Below, one piece after another: positions 63,726-64,000 of a DNA stretch of 64,000 nucleotides. Within the stretch, counting starts at the first letter, position 1. Each line of letters opens with the position of its first letter. Under the pieces are notes generated by a model that was not told the origin of the DNA, did no database searches, and saw nothing but the letters and a program-made list of their open reading frames with translations. The position numbers and the translations under genes were made by a program. This stretch comes from Rhina ancylostomus (lineage: Eukaryota): contig JARFYF010000104.1 in assembly GCA_030265395.1 (NCBI GenBank), forward strand, positions 86,286,833 to 86,350,832, in the 5' to 3' direction.

Positions 63726-63860
63726 GAGATACAAGAGAGACCACAGAGGCTGGAAATCTGGAGCAATGCACACAAAATGCTGGAGGAACTCAGCAGATCA
63801 GGCAGCATCTATGAAGGGAAATGAACAGTTGACGTTTCGGGCCGGGACCCTTCATCAGGA
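63726..63860 (-). mobile_element. 135-bp Penelope-derived insertion with 15-bp target-site duplication
   Basis: Flanked by ctgtactgatacttg (63711-63725) and ctgtactaatacttg (63861-63875). The body is the Penelope terminal repeat, starting at the hammerhead. Confidence 0.85.
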
Positions 63861-63864
63861 CTGT
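63825..63864 (-). ncRNA. Minimal type-I hammerhead ribozyme motif with complete catalytic core
   Basis: Minus strand: ACAGUC-CUGAUGA-A-GGGU(CCCG)GCCC-GAAA-CGUC^AACUGU. All core nucleotides present, GUC triplet, palindromic ACGU stem III, stem I ACAGU/ACUGU with one C.A mismatch next to the cleavage site (63831/63830). Confidence 0.75.
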
Positions 63865-64000
63865 ACTAATACTTGCATGTTGTGAGAGTTGCTTCCTACA
63901 CCACCATCTCAGGCAGTGTATTCCAAACCACAACCACCCTCACAGTGAAAAATTCTTCCTTATAGCCCCTCTAAACCTCTTATTCCTTAGCTAAAACCTA

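Larger units (their letters stand above)
63595..64000 (-). mobile_element. CR1 3' end, interrupted by a Penelope-derived insertion
   Basis: caccaccatctcaggcagtgtattcca..accaccctcacagtgaaaaattcttcct..cccctctaaacct (reverse strand RFRG..RKNFFTVRVV..WNTLPEMVV) and the tail gccttttggcc. Confidence 0.82.

Overview
Vertebrate genomic DNA from a cartilaginous fish, probably a ray/batoid. This is inferred from HE1-like V-SINEs, SacSINE1-like DeuSINEs and shark/ray-type CR1, Rex1/Babar, Tx1 and Penelope repeats. The window holds the 3' part of ephrin-A5 (efna5) on the + strand: the end of intron 1 (1-21157), coding exons 2-5 (21158-21450, 39361-39426, 39775-39855, 45281-45399) and a ~2.5-kb 3' UTR with a probable poly(A) signal at 47839. 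Exon 1 (signal peptide) lies upstream, outside the window. Apart from efna5 exons and retroelement remnants, the ORF track is spurious. Most notable observations: (1) Penelope-derived repeats carry minimal type-I hammerhead ribozyme cores, intact at 63825-63864 and 41835-41872 and decayed or deleted elsewhere. (2) A CpG-rich domain just downstream of efna5 has a GC-box promoter-like core and a chain of good minus-strand splice sites ending in AATAAA, suggesting a spliced non-coding gene convergent with efna5. (3) A ~1.7-kb TA-flanked element with ~195-bp terminal inverted repeats and a perfect 20-bp subterminal palindrome ends ~195 nt before exon 2. (4) Two V-SINEs share a head/core but have tails from different LINE clades (CR1 versus Rex1/Babar), and both partner LINE ends are present in the window. 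Nine N-gaps are present. Repeat family names come from remembered motif similarity, not database searches, and repeat boundaries are approximate.
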